Shown here: piece by piece, positions 1 to 12,469 of the stretch
How positions within the stretch are numbered: the first letter of the stretch is position 1
Layout of the letters: each line of letters opens with the position of its first letter
Assembly: GCA_043228905.1 (NCBI GenBank)
Contig: JBHGNT010000017.1
Coordinates: 2,790,001 to 2,854,000, forward strand
Origin: Azolla caroliniana
Lineage: Eukaryota; Plantae; Polypodiophyta
Direction of reading: 5' to 3'
Length of the DNA: 64,000 nt
Made by a program: the position numbers and the translations under genes
The notes under the pieces: model-generated
Databases searched by the model: none
Told to the model about the DNA's origin: nothing
What the model saw: the letters and a program-made list of their open reading frames with translations, nothing else

Positions 1-809
1 TTTAACTGAAAGTAAGTTTTCATCCAACCAATAGCGTGTCTTCCAATTGCACCTTTCATACTTGGAACCTCTTTACAATTGAGCATCTAATCCCCGCTAA
101 GTAAACGTTGGTGTACTCTATGTAGCCGCATGTTACTAACACATAACACAAATTTGAATGCAACTCTACATATCTGTTGTGCATGGAAGATATAATACTC
201 GAATGATACTTTGATCCCCGTACATTTGTCAGACACTAGTTGCATATGTGACCCGAGGTAAGTGTCTTGCTCATCACCAGTCATCGAAAAATAGTATCGC
301 CTTAATTCTCGCAACTTTGATTTTCCAATTATAGACATACAACCACGAGCACAACATATTTTTTTGACATCAAATCCAATCTGTTTATTTGATGTCACCA
401 AGGTAAATCTAGCCAGACGAATTCTTTGTGGGATTCTTCTAATATGCATAGGGCTTCCAGATTTCTCTTCCTGCATAGAAGTTGGTGTAACCTTGTTACT
501 ATCCAATTCTTTGTTGTGACCATCGCCCATGATATTCGATGTTTCATTGGCACTACCTTCATTCTTCGTATCTTTATTAATATCGTATTCTTCAATAGAG
601 AACTCTTCACATGTGTCATTATTCACATTCGTTGTAGGTGAAGATGAGCTCAGACAATACTCTTCGATAGAATATGGTGAGTCTGTCGACAGACAATATT
701 CTTCAATAGAAAATTGTGAGTCTGTCGACAAACAATATTCTTCGGTAGAAAATGAAGAGTCTGATGACAAACAATATTCTTCAATCGAGAACGGTGAATC
801 TTCACTCAT
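1..809 (-). pseudogene. N-terminal part of a putative Sola1/DUF7869-like DDE transposase; in-frame TAG at 87-89, runs off the window
   Basis: Cys cluster KKICCARGC, then RRYYF..EQDTYL..ICRVAF..VS. The frame reads on past the stop as MLNCKEVPSMKGAIGRHAIGWMKTYFQL, and A-x-x-WM-x-x-YF resembles this family. The catalytic core is not in the window. Confidence 0.5.
640..800 (-). repeat. 39-bp (13-aa) tandem repeat, DSxFSIEEYCLSx x4, in the transposase N-terminus
   Basis: Visible in the ORF translation and as a repeated acaatattcttc motif. Confidence 0.9.
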
Positions 810-1223
810 GGCTTAAGGTCTAGACAGAGCTCTTTAAGTTATGTGCTTAGGCTAAGGCAAAAAACTAATAAGCTCCTCTCTAAACATAAATTCCTCTCAA
901 AACATAAACTCCTCTCTAAATAGAAGCTCCCTCAATATAATGTCTATAATATTTAATATTATATTAATACAATACATAATATATTTTTTTTTTATTATAG
1001 TAATTGTATCTAACATATTACTAATTACTTAAACTAGTCTATATGAAGTTAAATAAAGTATAATATAGTTACAATCATTACCAAGCCATATATATGTTGG
1101 ATTAAAGTTAAAATCATTGGTTAATTAATGGCCCCCATATTTAATATAGAACTTCTCAGTCATTGGTTCATTAATGGCACCATTTTAAATATAAGACTTT
1201 TCAATCATTGGTTCATTCATGCC

Positions 1224-1921
1224 TGTTAGGAAACAGGTCCCTCCGGATGGGAAGTTAGAAGAACAGTGTTGATGAGCAACTCAGCCGAGGCCGAATTCGG
1301 ATGTGGAGTACCCGTGAATGGAAGACCCGGTGAGAACCGGATGATGAGTACCCGGCAACGGAAGACCCGGTGAGAACCGGATGTGGAGTACCCTGCAAGG
1401 AAGACCCGGTGAGATCCGGATGTTGCAAGCCCGGTGAGAACCTCTCATCGGATGAAGGGACATATATGTAAATATGTTCCAGAGAGCCCAATGGGGCTAT
1501 ATTTGTAAATAGCCCGAAAGTCATATTAGTATAAATATGACCTAGGGCAAACTTAATAGCAATGATGTAGAGTTGGTTGTGTGATTATCGTTGTGGCGAT
1601 AACTCAGTGTGTAACTGTGTACAGAGAAGAGAGAGAGAGAGAAAGAGGTTGTTGCCTCTGTTGTAACCGCCTGGTGGTGAAGCGAGGGAGCAAGAGGTCG
1701 TTGCTTCTGTGCCCCATTGTTGTAATCTTGATATAGTGATAGTTTTGGAGTCTGTGGACTCCCGTGGTTTTTCCCTCTTAGGGTTTTCTACGTTAATATC
1801 CTGTGTATTCTCTTTCTGTTTTGTCGACTTACCTCCATTCCCATTTCATCTGTGTTTTGATTGTCAACAAGTGATCTACGCTTCGATTGTGGCCGGAGAT
1901 TAATCCGCGTATTCCGCGCCA
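1224..1921 (+). mobile_element. Solo LTR (Copia-like), family A
   Basis: TG...CA ends, 5-bp TSD ATGCC (1219-1223 / 1922-1926), TATA at ~1530 and (AG)n. Homologous to 18745-19182 and to 57969-58673 (inverted). Confidence 0.9.
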
Positions 1922-2212
1922 ATGCCCACATCTTTAATACAAAGCAATTAAGAGTCATAAAAATGTTGATTTCAGTAATCAATCATCGGTTCATTCATGA
2001 ACCTCTATCATTGTTTCCTTCATGACCTTCAAAGTCATTGTAAGTTATTTTGACTATAAAATATTCATCAATATGTTAGTTTGACTTCGTAATCATTAAT
2101 GCAATCATAAGTTACTCAAGTTAATGTGACTGTGGCTACTAACTAACTAACCTCACGCTTACCAACCCTGGTTAAGCTGACTGTGGTTACTTTAACCACT
2201 GTGGTCAATCCC

Positions 2213-2220
2213 TATAAATA
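2213..2220 (+). promoter_or_regulatory. TATA box of the cargo gene
   Basis: cTATAAATA ~120 bp upstream of the ATG at 2338. Confidence 0.55.
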
Positions 2221-2337
2221 GGAAGACCTCGTCATATTTCACTCACACGAAACACAAGAGCACATAGAGCAAATAGAGCACATAGAGCACAAAGTACGAT
2301 TGCGAGATCTCCGCCTAATAATCGACGAATATCAACC

Positions 2338-5300
2338 ATGTCTTCAAAGAAAATCGAGCGCCAGGACTCCATGTAAGCCTTTGACACTGTGGACATTTTT
2401 GTAAATATGTTTTAGCATCAGGGGTTGTATCGAGTTCTTGTGTGATGTTTAGGTTTTATACAGGAACTCGATACGGCGTATCGAGTTCCTCTTTAAAGTT
2501 TTTTATTTAAACAGGAACTCGATACGCCGTATCGAGTTCCTCTATTTCGTTTGCGTTTTAAACTGGAACTCGTATCGAGTTCCTTTATTTTGCTTGTGTT
2601 TTAAACAGGAACTCGATACACCATATCAAGTTCCTCTATTTTGCTTGTGTTTTAAACAGGAACTCGATACACCATATCCTGTATAATATGTGTGTTTTAT
2701 ACAGGAACTCGATACGTTGTATCGAGTTCCTGTATTATGTTAGCATTTTAAACAAGAACTCGATACGCCGTATCGAGTTCTTGTATAATGTTTGTGTTTT
2801 AAAAAGGAACTCGATACGTCGTATCGAGTTCTTGTATAATATTTGTGTTTTATACAGGAACTCGATACGGTGTATCGAGTTCCTATACACAGTTTATATT
2901 TTCCTTTGTATAGTGTGCGTTTTAAACAGGAACTCGATATGCCGTATCGAGTTCCTGTGTTATGTAACTCTTTTACAGAGGAACTCGATATAGCGTATCG
3001 AGCTCCTGGATTATGTTTGTGTTTTATACATGAACTCGATACGGCGTATCGAGTCCCTGTATAAAACAAGAACTTGAATGAGGAATATTGTGTCTTTGGG
3101 GCAACAACTTAGTATTGTGTGAAAAGATATCAAACTTTCTGTCAAAATCAGTCTTTTTTTAGGGTGATTTGCCTTATTTTGTAAAAACTAGGGGCCTTAA
3201 TAATAGAGGTTTTATGACCTAGTATAGCTTAAAATACTACAAAATAACCCACAAATTACCTTTACGATACCAAATTCAAGTCTATCATATGCAAATTCTC
3301 TACAATATGGATATGGAATCAATATAAGCCATACCTGCCCTTCAAGACAATATATATCCTTGTATACTTATTAAGATATATATTTTCTAAGTTGAAAAGA
3401 CCTTACTAGAATAGATTTTTGAATATAGGACTACCATGTACACTCAATGCATGATTGATATTTATAGTTTACCACAAATCGCCTGCTAGTTTATTTCTTC
3501 ATCTAATTATTTGTATTTTAATATACAATCTTAATCTACGTGACCACCTAACCTATGTTTTCGCATGTCCTTTCTTAAATAGGTCGTTTGAGAACTTGTC
3601 GGACCGACCTGTGAAGAAGATAAAGCTCCGCATACAGGGTTCTCCAATTGAAACACAGACCCTAATAGCTCCAGAGACCATGAAGAGAGGAAAAAAGCTT
3701 CTCTTCAACGAGGAGACAAAATCTCAATCACACATTGAGGTTAGCCAGAAGAAAGTAGTAACAGCTACTGGAGGTGAAGACCTTCCTGACCGTGATCTAA
3801 CAGACAAGGAATGGTGTGTGCAATACGTCGACACCAAGAAAAAAGTCGTATTGTATATAACAAAGAACAAGGGCGAGGGGCAGCTTGAAAATGAAACCCC
3901 ATTTATGTATGGCCATATTCTACGATTTGACTACGAAGATGCAGATTCGGCCAACATACTTTTAATGATAGAGTGCTCTAAGGGGGTACGTAAAGTGTTC
4001 CTTTCTGAAGATCTTCTAGTAAAGGAATCTTGTGGGCCAGAAGCTTTCAAAAAAGATCTTGAAAGCTCACAAAACCTTATTGTTACCTTGAGGCCTTATA
4101 TACAAGGCCATGTAACTCTAAGGGAGCCATTGCCCTCCCTAGTGAAGGCCACAAAAAGGGCATCTAAAGTACAATCAAGACCACCAAAAAAGAAGACCAC
4201 CAAAATGTCGGACTCCGACTCATCAAGTGAAAACAAAGATGAGGACACTAAGGGGATGCCAGGAGCTAAGCTAGCATCGGGTGTGTTGTCATCCGAGCAT
4301 AATAAGATACGAAGAGAGTTAATGTAGCGTAAACTGGTCAGGAAAGGGCAAGTGTTTAATTTGCCTATAACACACATCCATTGGCCCCCTATTGATGAAA
4401 AAATAGGACGAAGACCACTAGAGATTAGAGAGTCACACCGCATGCATGTTCAAAATCTCAAGAAAAAAATGAAAATTAATCCTCATGCCACTGTGATACC
4501 TTTTATTGTTATGGTGGATCCTGAAGAATGTGAAACCATTGAAGATTTTGATATAAGAAAGCATGATCAATATAATTATTTTGTCATCGGTGGATCACAT
4601 TCAGTGGAGGCACGTCGACAACTTGTGAGAAAACATCCAATGACTTTCTTCTTCAAGTATGCCGAGTGCAAAATTTACATGGGTCTCACAACTGAAGAGG
4701 CAAAGCTGTTGGCATGGGACCACAATAATGATAATGACTATAGGCAGAAAATGTCGTCGATTGAGCGTATACGGTTCTTCCACCACAAGTATTTGGACGT
4801 CAAACAAAAGTTTGGTGTGAAGCTACATCCAGGCCTACGACGTCAATGCTTGCATGAAGTCGGCATTGTGGTAGATGAGAATGTTAAGTCTGATGGTCTT
4901 CGAAAGTATGAGTCTTGGTTTCAACTGGCCTTTAGAGATGGAGAAGTATGGGACCTACAGGATCAAATCTTCTCAATGTGGGAGAATAAGGAGGTCAAGG
5001 GTCAACGACAAAAAAAATGTAAGGTTGACCCTCAACTAGAATTAAAGTCACAGGCGGCCAAGAAAATTGACTTGACAATCGAAGAAGCGGTTGACGACAT
5101 GAAGTTGTCTCTGTGGAGAGCGATGCAATGTATTAAGGACGAGCAGCTTCTTGTGTCTGTTTTGTCAAGGGTTGTGGCCAAAGATTTAAGCCTTGAAAAA
5201 ATGGTCACTGAGTTCAATAAGTAAGTCTTTCAAATATTGATATTGAAGTCTATATGGTGCAATTCAAAGTTCTAATCTCGTTTTCTAATTTCACAGTCAT

Positions 5301-6810
5301 AAGGTGTACATGAAGATCCAAGAAGTTATGATGAAACAACTTGGATGTATAACTTGGGAACAAGTAACCGAGGATTATCCTCTAACGTCTTCATATAAGG
5401 CGTTATCGGAGTATTTTATTGCATTCAAGGATTGGGTTAGTATTGGTGGTTTTTCATTACGCTTTCATCATATGTAGAGCTTGTATAATAAAACTTGATG
5501 TCCTATTGCTTCTATTAGAAACCGTGTCGTGGGAAGAAACAAGGAGAAGTTAAGGATATACACGATTTCCCGACATCCTTCCTTGCACATCTCAAGAGAG
5601 CCAGAAAAGAAAAGGATCGTCGCTTAGTCAAGGCGTACGAAATGGAGGAAGATGGCTCCTTAAAAAAATTTAGCCACAAAAAAGATATTACGAGAGATCT
5701 TTACTACAATGTGGTTTGCGGCGATGTCGTTGACATGATCCAAAAGGTGCCAAAGAAGGAATATACGCTAATGATTGTGGATATTCCTTACGGATTTCGA
5801 ATGGTTGGGTCATCATACGACGATGAACCGTTTAGGTTTAAACAGTTGGAGAAGATGGTCAAGGATTTTGCAGAGCTAACAATTGCATCCTTGTGGAGAA
5901 TAGTTGTCTTTCATAGTATGGACCAAGGGTACTCGGTAGCTCAAGCTTTGAGATCTCGTTGCCATGGCATCGAGAACCTTGCATGGTAAGGATTATTTAT
6001 AGGTCTCATTCACTATATTGCATTTCTTAAGATTGTTCAATCTATTCTTAACTCAATGTATTATTTTTTATAGGATAAAAACCAATGTAAATAGAGGGCC
6101 AACCTTTCGGTTCGTTAATGTCATTGAATACATCACGGTTGGCTACTTCGATGAAATAAGGAAACAAAGAATCAAGGAGCATTCTAATGAAGTGGGAGGT
6201 TCAAATCTGCTGGTATATCCAGCAGTGACACGGAAATTGCGACATGTCACCACGACAGAACGGGGACTTGTCAACCCATACCAAAAACCTCAACGACTTA
6301 TAATGTGCTTGATCGAGATGTTTTCTATCGAAGGAGACTGGATATTAGATCTCTTTTCTGGCACAGGTATTCCTCGAACTAGGTTAACGATCTTGAGATA
6401 AACAATACCGAATCTTTGTTGTTTGAGAACTAATTCTTCTTGTTACTTTCTTCACAGGAACGACGTCTGCATGTGCATTGAAGCTCTTTAGAAACACGGT
6501 TGCATTGCAGAAGGACGAGGAGCAGGTTATATTTATAAACATGAGGATTAAGGCTTTGTGGGAGTGCCCAGACCAGGACAAGGAGGTCGGTGCAAAGAAC
6601 CTAGCTGATACAGAAAGGTTTCAACCTGCTTCGCGAGAGCCTATTCCTCCGTTAACCGGGGAACTGGGGAAGCTAATAGAGCTTGATGATGAGCTTATAG
6701 AAGATATTTCGTTGGCTTGGCTAACAGGGGAAGCCAATGCACGTATAGCCGAAGAGACTTCTACATAGGATGATGAAGAAAATGACATTGATGAATTGAT
6801 TGCTATGTAA
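2338..6810 (+). pseudogene. Spliced ParB/Srx-like + beta-class N4C/N6A DNA methyltransferase fusion (~960-974 aa); exons 2338-2372, 3583-5220, 5297-5435, 5519-5985, 6074-6366, 6458-6768 (or 6810)
   Basis: Five GT-AG introns all join in phase. Motif IV-like VDIPY follows VVCGDVVDMIQKV. NPYQKP and the spliced motif I DWILDLFSGTG/TT follow, i.e. beta-class order. ParB-like YFVIGGSHSVEA lies upstream. In-frame TAG at 4325-4327; the TAG at 6766 may also be premature. Confidence 0.8.
2461..3058. repeat. Tandem array of ~12 units (51-bp period), each with palindrome AGGAACTCGATAC-nnn-GTATCGAGTTCCT, in intron 1
   Basis: Units start near 2461, 2512, 2563, 2606, 2657, 2702, 2753, 2804, 2855, 2927, 2978 and 3029. 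Confidence 0.95.
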
Positions 6811-7242
6811 TAAACTCTATGAAAAAAATGACATTGACGATATGTTTGGATTTCACATTATTAATACAAATTTTGGGTTTTACTTGGTGGATTCTATTCT
6901 TTATAATCTTCTATATGTTTCAATTTTATTTTTATATACTTGGTTAGTAGACTTATGACATTGGTTTCACCATGTGCATAGCTAACTACCAAATTTATGG
7001 AGAAACATGAATTAGTTTAAATTGAGGTTGATTTTGGTCCAAGTTTACCTTAACATAACATGGTCGTAGAATTGTTGCCATGACTGTCCATGTTGATATT
7101 ATGGATCTTTGTCTTCTATTGTTAAAACTATTATGTTTCTATTCCATTGCTGCTTAGATTGTGTAGTGTGTTGATAATGGTTCCACTATCGTTATCCGCA
7201 TGTTTTTATACGCTTGTAGTTCCACAAGTGTTATCGTTCGGA

Positions 7243-7520
7243 GTTTGATCCTGTGTGAATCACCTCAGCAATAGAGTAGACCAATTTTTAATACAAGTAT
7301 GAAAGCCTTAATAGGTTTGTTATTTCCACCACATTATCCTAAAGTTCATTGTCTTACATTGTCCACAATTATATACATATGGTTTGATCCCATACGAACA
7401 AACTGAGGAATAGATTAGATCAACTTTAAATACAAGTATTGAATACTTTAATAAATTAGTTATTCCAATCACATTATCCTAAAGTGCACTATCCTACATT
7501 GTCCACAATTATATGCATGC
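7243..7520 (+). repeat. Diverged ~140-bp direct duplication in the subterminal region
   Basis: gtttgatcc...cacattatcctaaagt...acattgtccacaattatat occurs twice. Confidence 0.75.
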
Positions 7521-7899
7521 ACATATGGGTCAAAGTATAAATTATAATTCATTTTAATAGTATGGATACAAGTACACCTCATATTTTTGTAAAACTTACC
7601 AAATTAATATAAGTCTTTAACTTAGTGTTTCCCATGTCGCACATTAGTGACATATTGAGCCATTGTTGAACTTTTTTATGCCTACATTAACTTATCAACA
7701 CGTCCAAACTTGCATGATTTCTAATGATCTCCATTTCTAGACCTATCATGTATTTTTATATTTTCAAATTCTAATCAAGTTGTGGAACATGTGATACTAG
7801 TGCATCCAATTTTTGTAGAGAGGGTGTATTTGGATAGTTTTAAGAATATTCTACAAGTGGAATGCGCAATCCTTCCACTTGTGAACGCGAACATGTTAA

Positions 7900-10800
7900 G
7901 ATCAGTTTTCACATCTAGTTGTTCAAGTTCAAGGTTGAAGTTAGCTTTCAAACCTAACACAACTTGTATTGAACTTAATTTTACAACTGGTGAGAAAAAT
8001 TTGTCAAAATCAATTCCTTTCTTTTGACCATATACTTTCACCACCAAACGAGCTTTATATTTTCTAAAGTTATCATCACCCCATTTTAACTTAAACACCC
8101 ACTTATTTTCCAAAGCTTTCCTACCCTTAGGAAGTTCAACTAGCTCAAACGTGTTATTCTTTTTCAACGAATTAATTTCTTCATGCATGGCCTCTACCCA
8201 ACTATCTTGATCTTTAAGAGTTTGCACATCATGAAAACTTTCCAGTTCATCTTCATTAGTGAGTAAAACATATTCCGAACTAGGATACCTTGTGGATGAT
8301 CGTCGTTCTGTAGTAGATCTCCTTATAGGTTGATTTTCCACCTCTTGTAATGGAAGTTGCTCCCCTCACTCAAGATCTGTCTCTGGCAAAACAACATCAT
8401 AGCTAGCATCATCTACAATCAACAGCTCACCAACATCCTCATGTTGCTCCTCTTGTTGTGAATCACTCCCATGTGTATCATCATCCTCCATAGGAATTGG
8501 ATCAACATCTACTAGATCACCATCTGAAGAGGAACTTGACCTTTCCACCTAGTCAATATCCTCAATGGTTTGGAATTCGATGAACACTACATCACGACTC
8601 CTGATAAGCTTCTTTCCCACAAGATCATAACACCTATAACCAAAATCATCTTGACCATGTCCAATAAAAATGCATTGTTTAGATTTAGCATCTAACTTCG
8701 ATCTTTCATCCTTGGGTATATGTACAAAACACTTACACCCAAACACACGTAAGTAATCATAAGAGACATCCCTACCATACCACACTCTATTTGGTACATC
8801 ACCTTGCAATGTAGTAGTAGGAGAAAGATTAATTACATGTGCAACAATTTTCAAAGCCTCACCCCAAAATGATTTGGGTAACTTCACATCTGAAGTAAGC
8901 ACCTTACTTTTTCAACTAGGGTTCTATTCATTATTTCAGCCAACCATTTAATTGGGAAGTCTTAGGAAGAGTTCTTTGATTCTTGATACCTTGCTCTCGG
9001 CAATATGCATTAAAAGATCCACAATATTTGCCACCATTATAAGTGTGAATACATTTCAATTTCTTCCCTGTCTCTCTCTCAACAGAAACATGAAACTCTT
9101 TAAAAACATCAAGTACTTGATCTTTTGACTTCAACATTCGAACCCAAAGCCTCCTAGAATGATCATCAATGAAAGTAACAAAATAAAGTGCTCCACCTAT
9201 TGACTTTACCTTCAAGGGTCCACACATCAAAATGCACTAGCTCGAGTACACTTTCTTGTCGAAGAGAAGACTCGTAGCCTTCCCATCGTTTACATGTTTT
9301 AAACAATTATCACATGTATCTAATTTCACATCTTTTAAACTTGGTAGTACATTTTTCTTAGGTAGAAAGTCAAGTCCACTTTCACTAATATGGGACAATC
9401 TCTTACGCCACAATTTTGAAACATCTAGATTTTCAAGTGCATTGACAAAGTCAGTGGAGATAGAAGCTTGCAAAAGATATAAACCATTGTGACAACATTA
9501 TTAGCTTTAGCAACAATCAAAGAACCCTTAGAGATTTTCCACTTACCATTTTGAGACGCATGGTTATAGCCCTCCTCATCCATGTACCTGTGGAGATTGG
9601 ATCCAATCTAATATCGAGCACGTGTCACACTTGATGTAGAATCAACTTAAACCCCATGTTAGTTTGCAAGCAAATAGTTTCTGTGCCGATTACCTTTGCA
9701 AGTCCATCATTCCCCATCTTCACAACACCATAGTCACTTGGAGTGTAAGATGAGAAAAAATCCTTTCTAGACATAACATGGTGGGGGGCACCACTATCAA
9801 GGACCCAAGTGGTTTCATGGCTACTTATGTTAATTTCATTGTAACTATTACATACAACAAGTAAATCATTAGCAACATTAACAGAATCAATATTGTCAAT
9901 TTACATTCTTTTTCTCTTTCATGTGGTTCGAGACTTTATTCTCCGTCGTCCATTTGAAGCAATATTTCTTTATGTGACCTATCTTACCACAAAAATGACA
10001 AACTAAATCTTTATATTTAGACCTTGACTTACTTCTACTTCCACGAGACTTCCACCTTTGTTGTTTCGGCCATAACTTCTGTTTTGGCTTCTTCCTCTAT
10101 TTTCAACAACCAAATCTTCCAAGTTTGATGTTGTTCCTTGCGTCCTCCGTCGCATTTCGTCATTTAGAATTCCACTCTTCACATATTGCATTGTCACACC
10201 TCCCATAGGAGCCTCATTAGCTAGAGTAACCCTCCCATAGAACTTCTTCTTCAAAATTTATACCCATACTAGACAAATTGATCAAAACAACCTTTAAATT
10301 CATTTAAATATTAACAAACGGAGTTATTTTCTTTATAAGTCAAATGCATCGCTTGTTTAAGTAAAAACAACTTATTGTTATTGGTTCTAGAAGCATATAT
10401 GGTTTCTAATTTATTCCATAATGTCTTTGCATTTGTTTCATTCACAACATGATTCAAGACATTATTTCCTAGCTATTGACAAATGAAACCACACACTTGT
10501 TGATTTTCAAAACACCACTCCTCATCACTTTTCTTTTTGGGTTTATTTGACGCAAACACAGGTAAATGCGAATTTTTAACGAAAAGCAAATATTTCATTT
10601 TTCCTTTCCATTTTTGATATTTCATGCCATTTACAACAACCATTGTTGATATGTTTGCCTCCATTTATAATCAAGCAAAAAAACACAACCTCTGCTCTGA
10701 TACCACTTGTTGAGGTATAGACAAGTGAGAGTGTAACATGCGTCTCGTTTATGCTCGATTATTATGAGGTAACGATCGAATAAAAGACCACACAAAAACA

Positions 10801-11300
10801 GACACAATGGTACAAAATAGATGACACAAGATTTAACGTGGAAAAACCCTCAATGAGGGAAACAACCACAAGACAAAGTCCAAAATAATCCACTATCAAC
10901 AAAGAGGATAAAACACAAATTCAAGCTCTACCTCTAGATACATTAGAGTAAAGTAGAGATATGTCGCAAAGATACTACCGACAAAAAATGGGCACAATAA
11001 TCCAAAGAAATGATAACTAACTCACAAACATATGAGTGAAAGAGAAGAGAGAATAAAACCCAGATGATAGAGCCCACAAGTCGAAGTAGTAAGAGTGTAG
11101 ATCTCATGTTGAATAGTGGAGTTGGAAGGTAGAAGAGTTGAGCACCAAACTTAGCTATTTTTCGTTCTATCTTCTTCACTATCTATCTCTCTTTCTTTTC
11201 TATCTCATTTTCTTCTTCTGATACTTCACAAAGAAAACGGTCGTGTTGTTTTTTTTGCCACACATACACTAAAAACGTAACTTACATTTACCCTTTTCAA
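7900..11300 (-). mobile_element. Ty1/Copia (Tnt1/Tork-like), degenerate, truncated in RT
   Basis: LTR inner end at 10708 and Met-i PBS TGGTATCAGAGC (10694-10705). Gag MEANISTM.., integrase GPLKVKSIGGALYFVTFIDD, RSKLDAKS, RT YKARLV..LEQLDVKT. The outer LTR boundary is approximate. Confidence 0.9.
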
Positions 11301-12469
11301 GAAATAATGAAAGGGTAATAGTTACTAAAGAAAGAACCAAAACATTTGTTTTGTTTCATACTAATACTACAACTAATAATAAATATTATTAAAAAACAAA
11401 AAACAAAATAGCGACCGAACACATTAATCAACGTTAAACAAAAAGAAAAATAAAGAAGGCCCCAGAGGTAGATAGGATTATCCCAATGATACTACGAGGT
11501 GAAATAGAGTGTTAATCAACATTAAGCAAATAGAATGTTATTCAAGGTCTCCTCCCAAAAAAGACTTTTATAGATGAATGACCACATAGCTTCATTCATT
11601 GCAAAGACATGATTTCCAAAGGTCAAGTAAATGTATTTTGTTTGCAATATTTAATTATTGGCTATTGTTTTGCTAATTATAGCATTAAGTATTTATAGAG
11701 ATGTCCATAATTTGGGTGTAACACTTTTGAATCTTGGCAATTCTGCAGATCACTTATGCACTAGCCACCCAAACATTAATCCAAATTTGTTAAGATAGTA
11801 GTTGGAAACAGTCATGAAGTATTATTCTCACTCTTAAGCCAAAATAATACTTCTTTGTTGTTGATTAACTATGTCGTTCTTAGTAATTCTTGACCAGGAT
11901 ATTCTATATAAATTCAGATTTATTACTTGAAGTATACTGAATAATACTCCTTTCTAAAGCAGAGAACCTAATTCACTTAAATTTATTCCAACAGAGTGGA
12001 TGGCAAAAGGATATATGCCATGTGCAAGACTAGGAGGATTAATTGCATTCATTTGTGGGGTAATGAATTTTTGGACCTAACTTGGTTCCATCAACAATAT
12101 AGTCATACACCATGGTTGATCATTTTTCTCATTAAAGTTTTTCAATACGATAAGGGCAAGTTTATAGTTGGGCAACATTTGTAGTCATATTCGATAATAA
12201 TTCTCCTATGTTCGACATGATCAATTAGGATCAATTAGCACATTCAGTTATCGTATAGCACAACAAACATCTTGGTGGGGTTGAGCTCCTTCGTTGGTTT
12301 GATGTCATGTAGAATTATATATGACAGAGAGAGATGTCATGTAGATTATATATATATATATATGATATCACCCTTCTGACACAAGAAATAATAAATATAA
12401 ATATAGATGAATGGATTTCAATCATACTTGAAGCCATTTCACGTATGAGTATAATACAAATATTCACGT

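Larger units (their letters stand above)
1..7899. mobile_element. Putative large DNA transposon (Sola-like) carrying a ParB-methyltransferase cargo gene; left end outside window
   Basis: Divergent transposase-like ORF (<1-809 minus) and spliced cargo gene (2338-6810 plus). The right end abuts a Copia RT broken at DVKT, at TTAA 7896-7899. The terminal 37 bp recur inverted at 18708-18744, again at a TTAA. Confidence 0.6.

Noticed and set aside
2461-3058. CRISPR array (palindromic ~30-bp repeats with ~21-bp spacers)
   Set aside because: The linkers are related to each other and AT-rich rather than unique, there are no cas genes, and the array lies in a spliceosomal intron.
2688-3069. Short ORFs with NSIRRIEFL / GTRYAVSSS repeats
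   Set aside because: They are translation artefacts of the 51-bp palindrome array.
2338-6810. Bacterial or phage contamination as the source of the methyltransferase
   Set aside because: The gene has five in-phase GT-AG introns and a TATA box, and is contiguous with plant LTR elements.
7853-7899. Helitron 3' end
   Set aside because: A subterminal hairpin is present, but the end is CATG at TTAA rather than CTRR at an AT site, and no Rep/helicase is visible.
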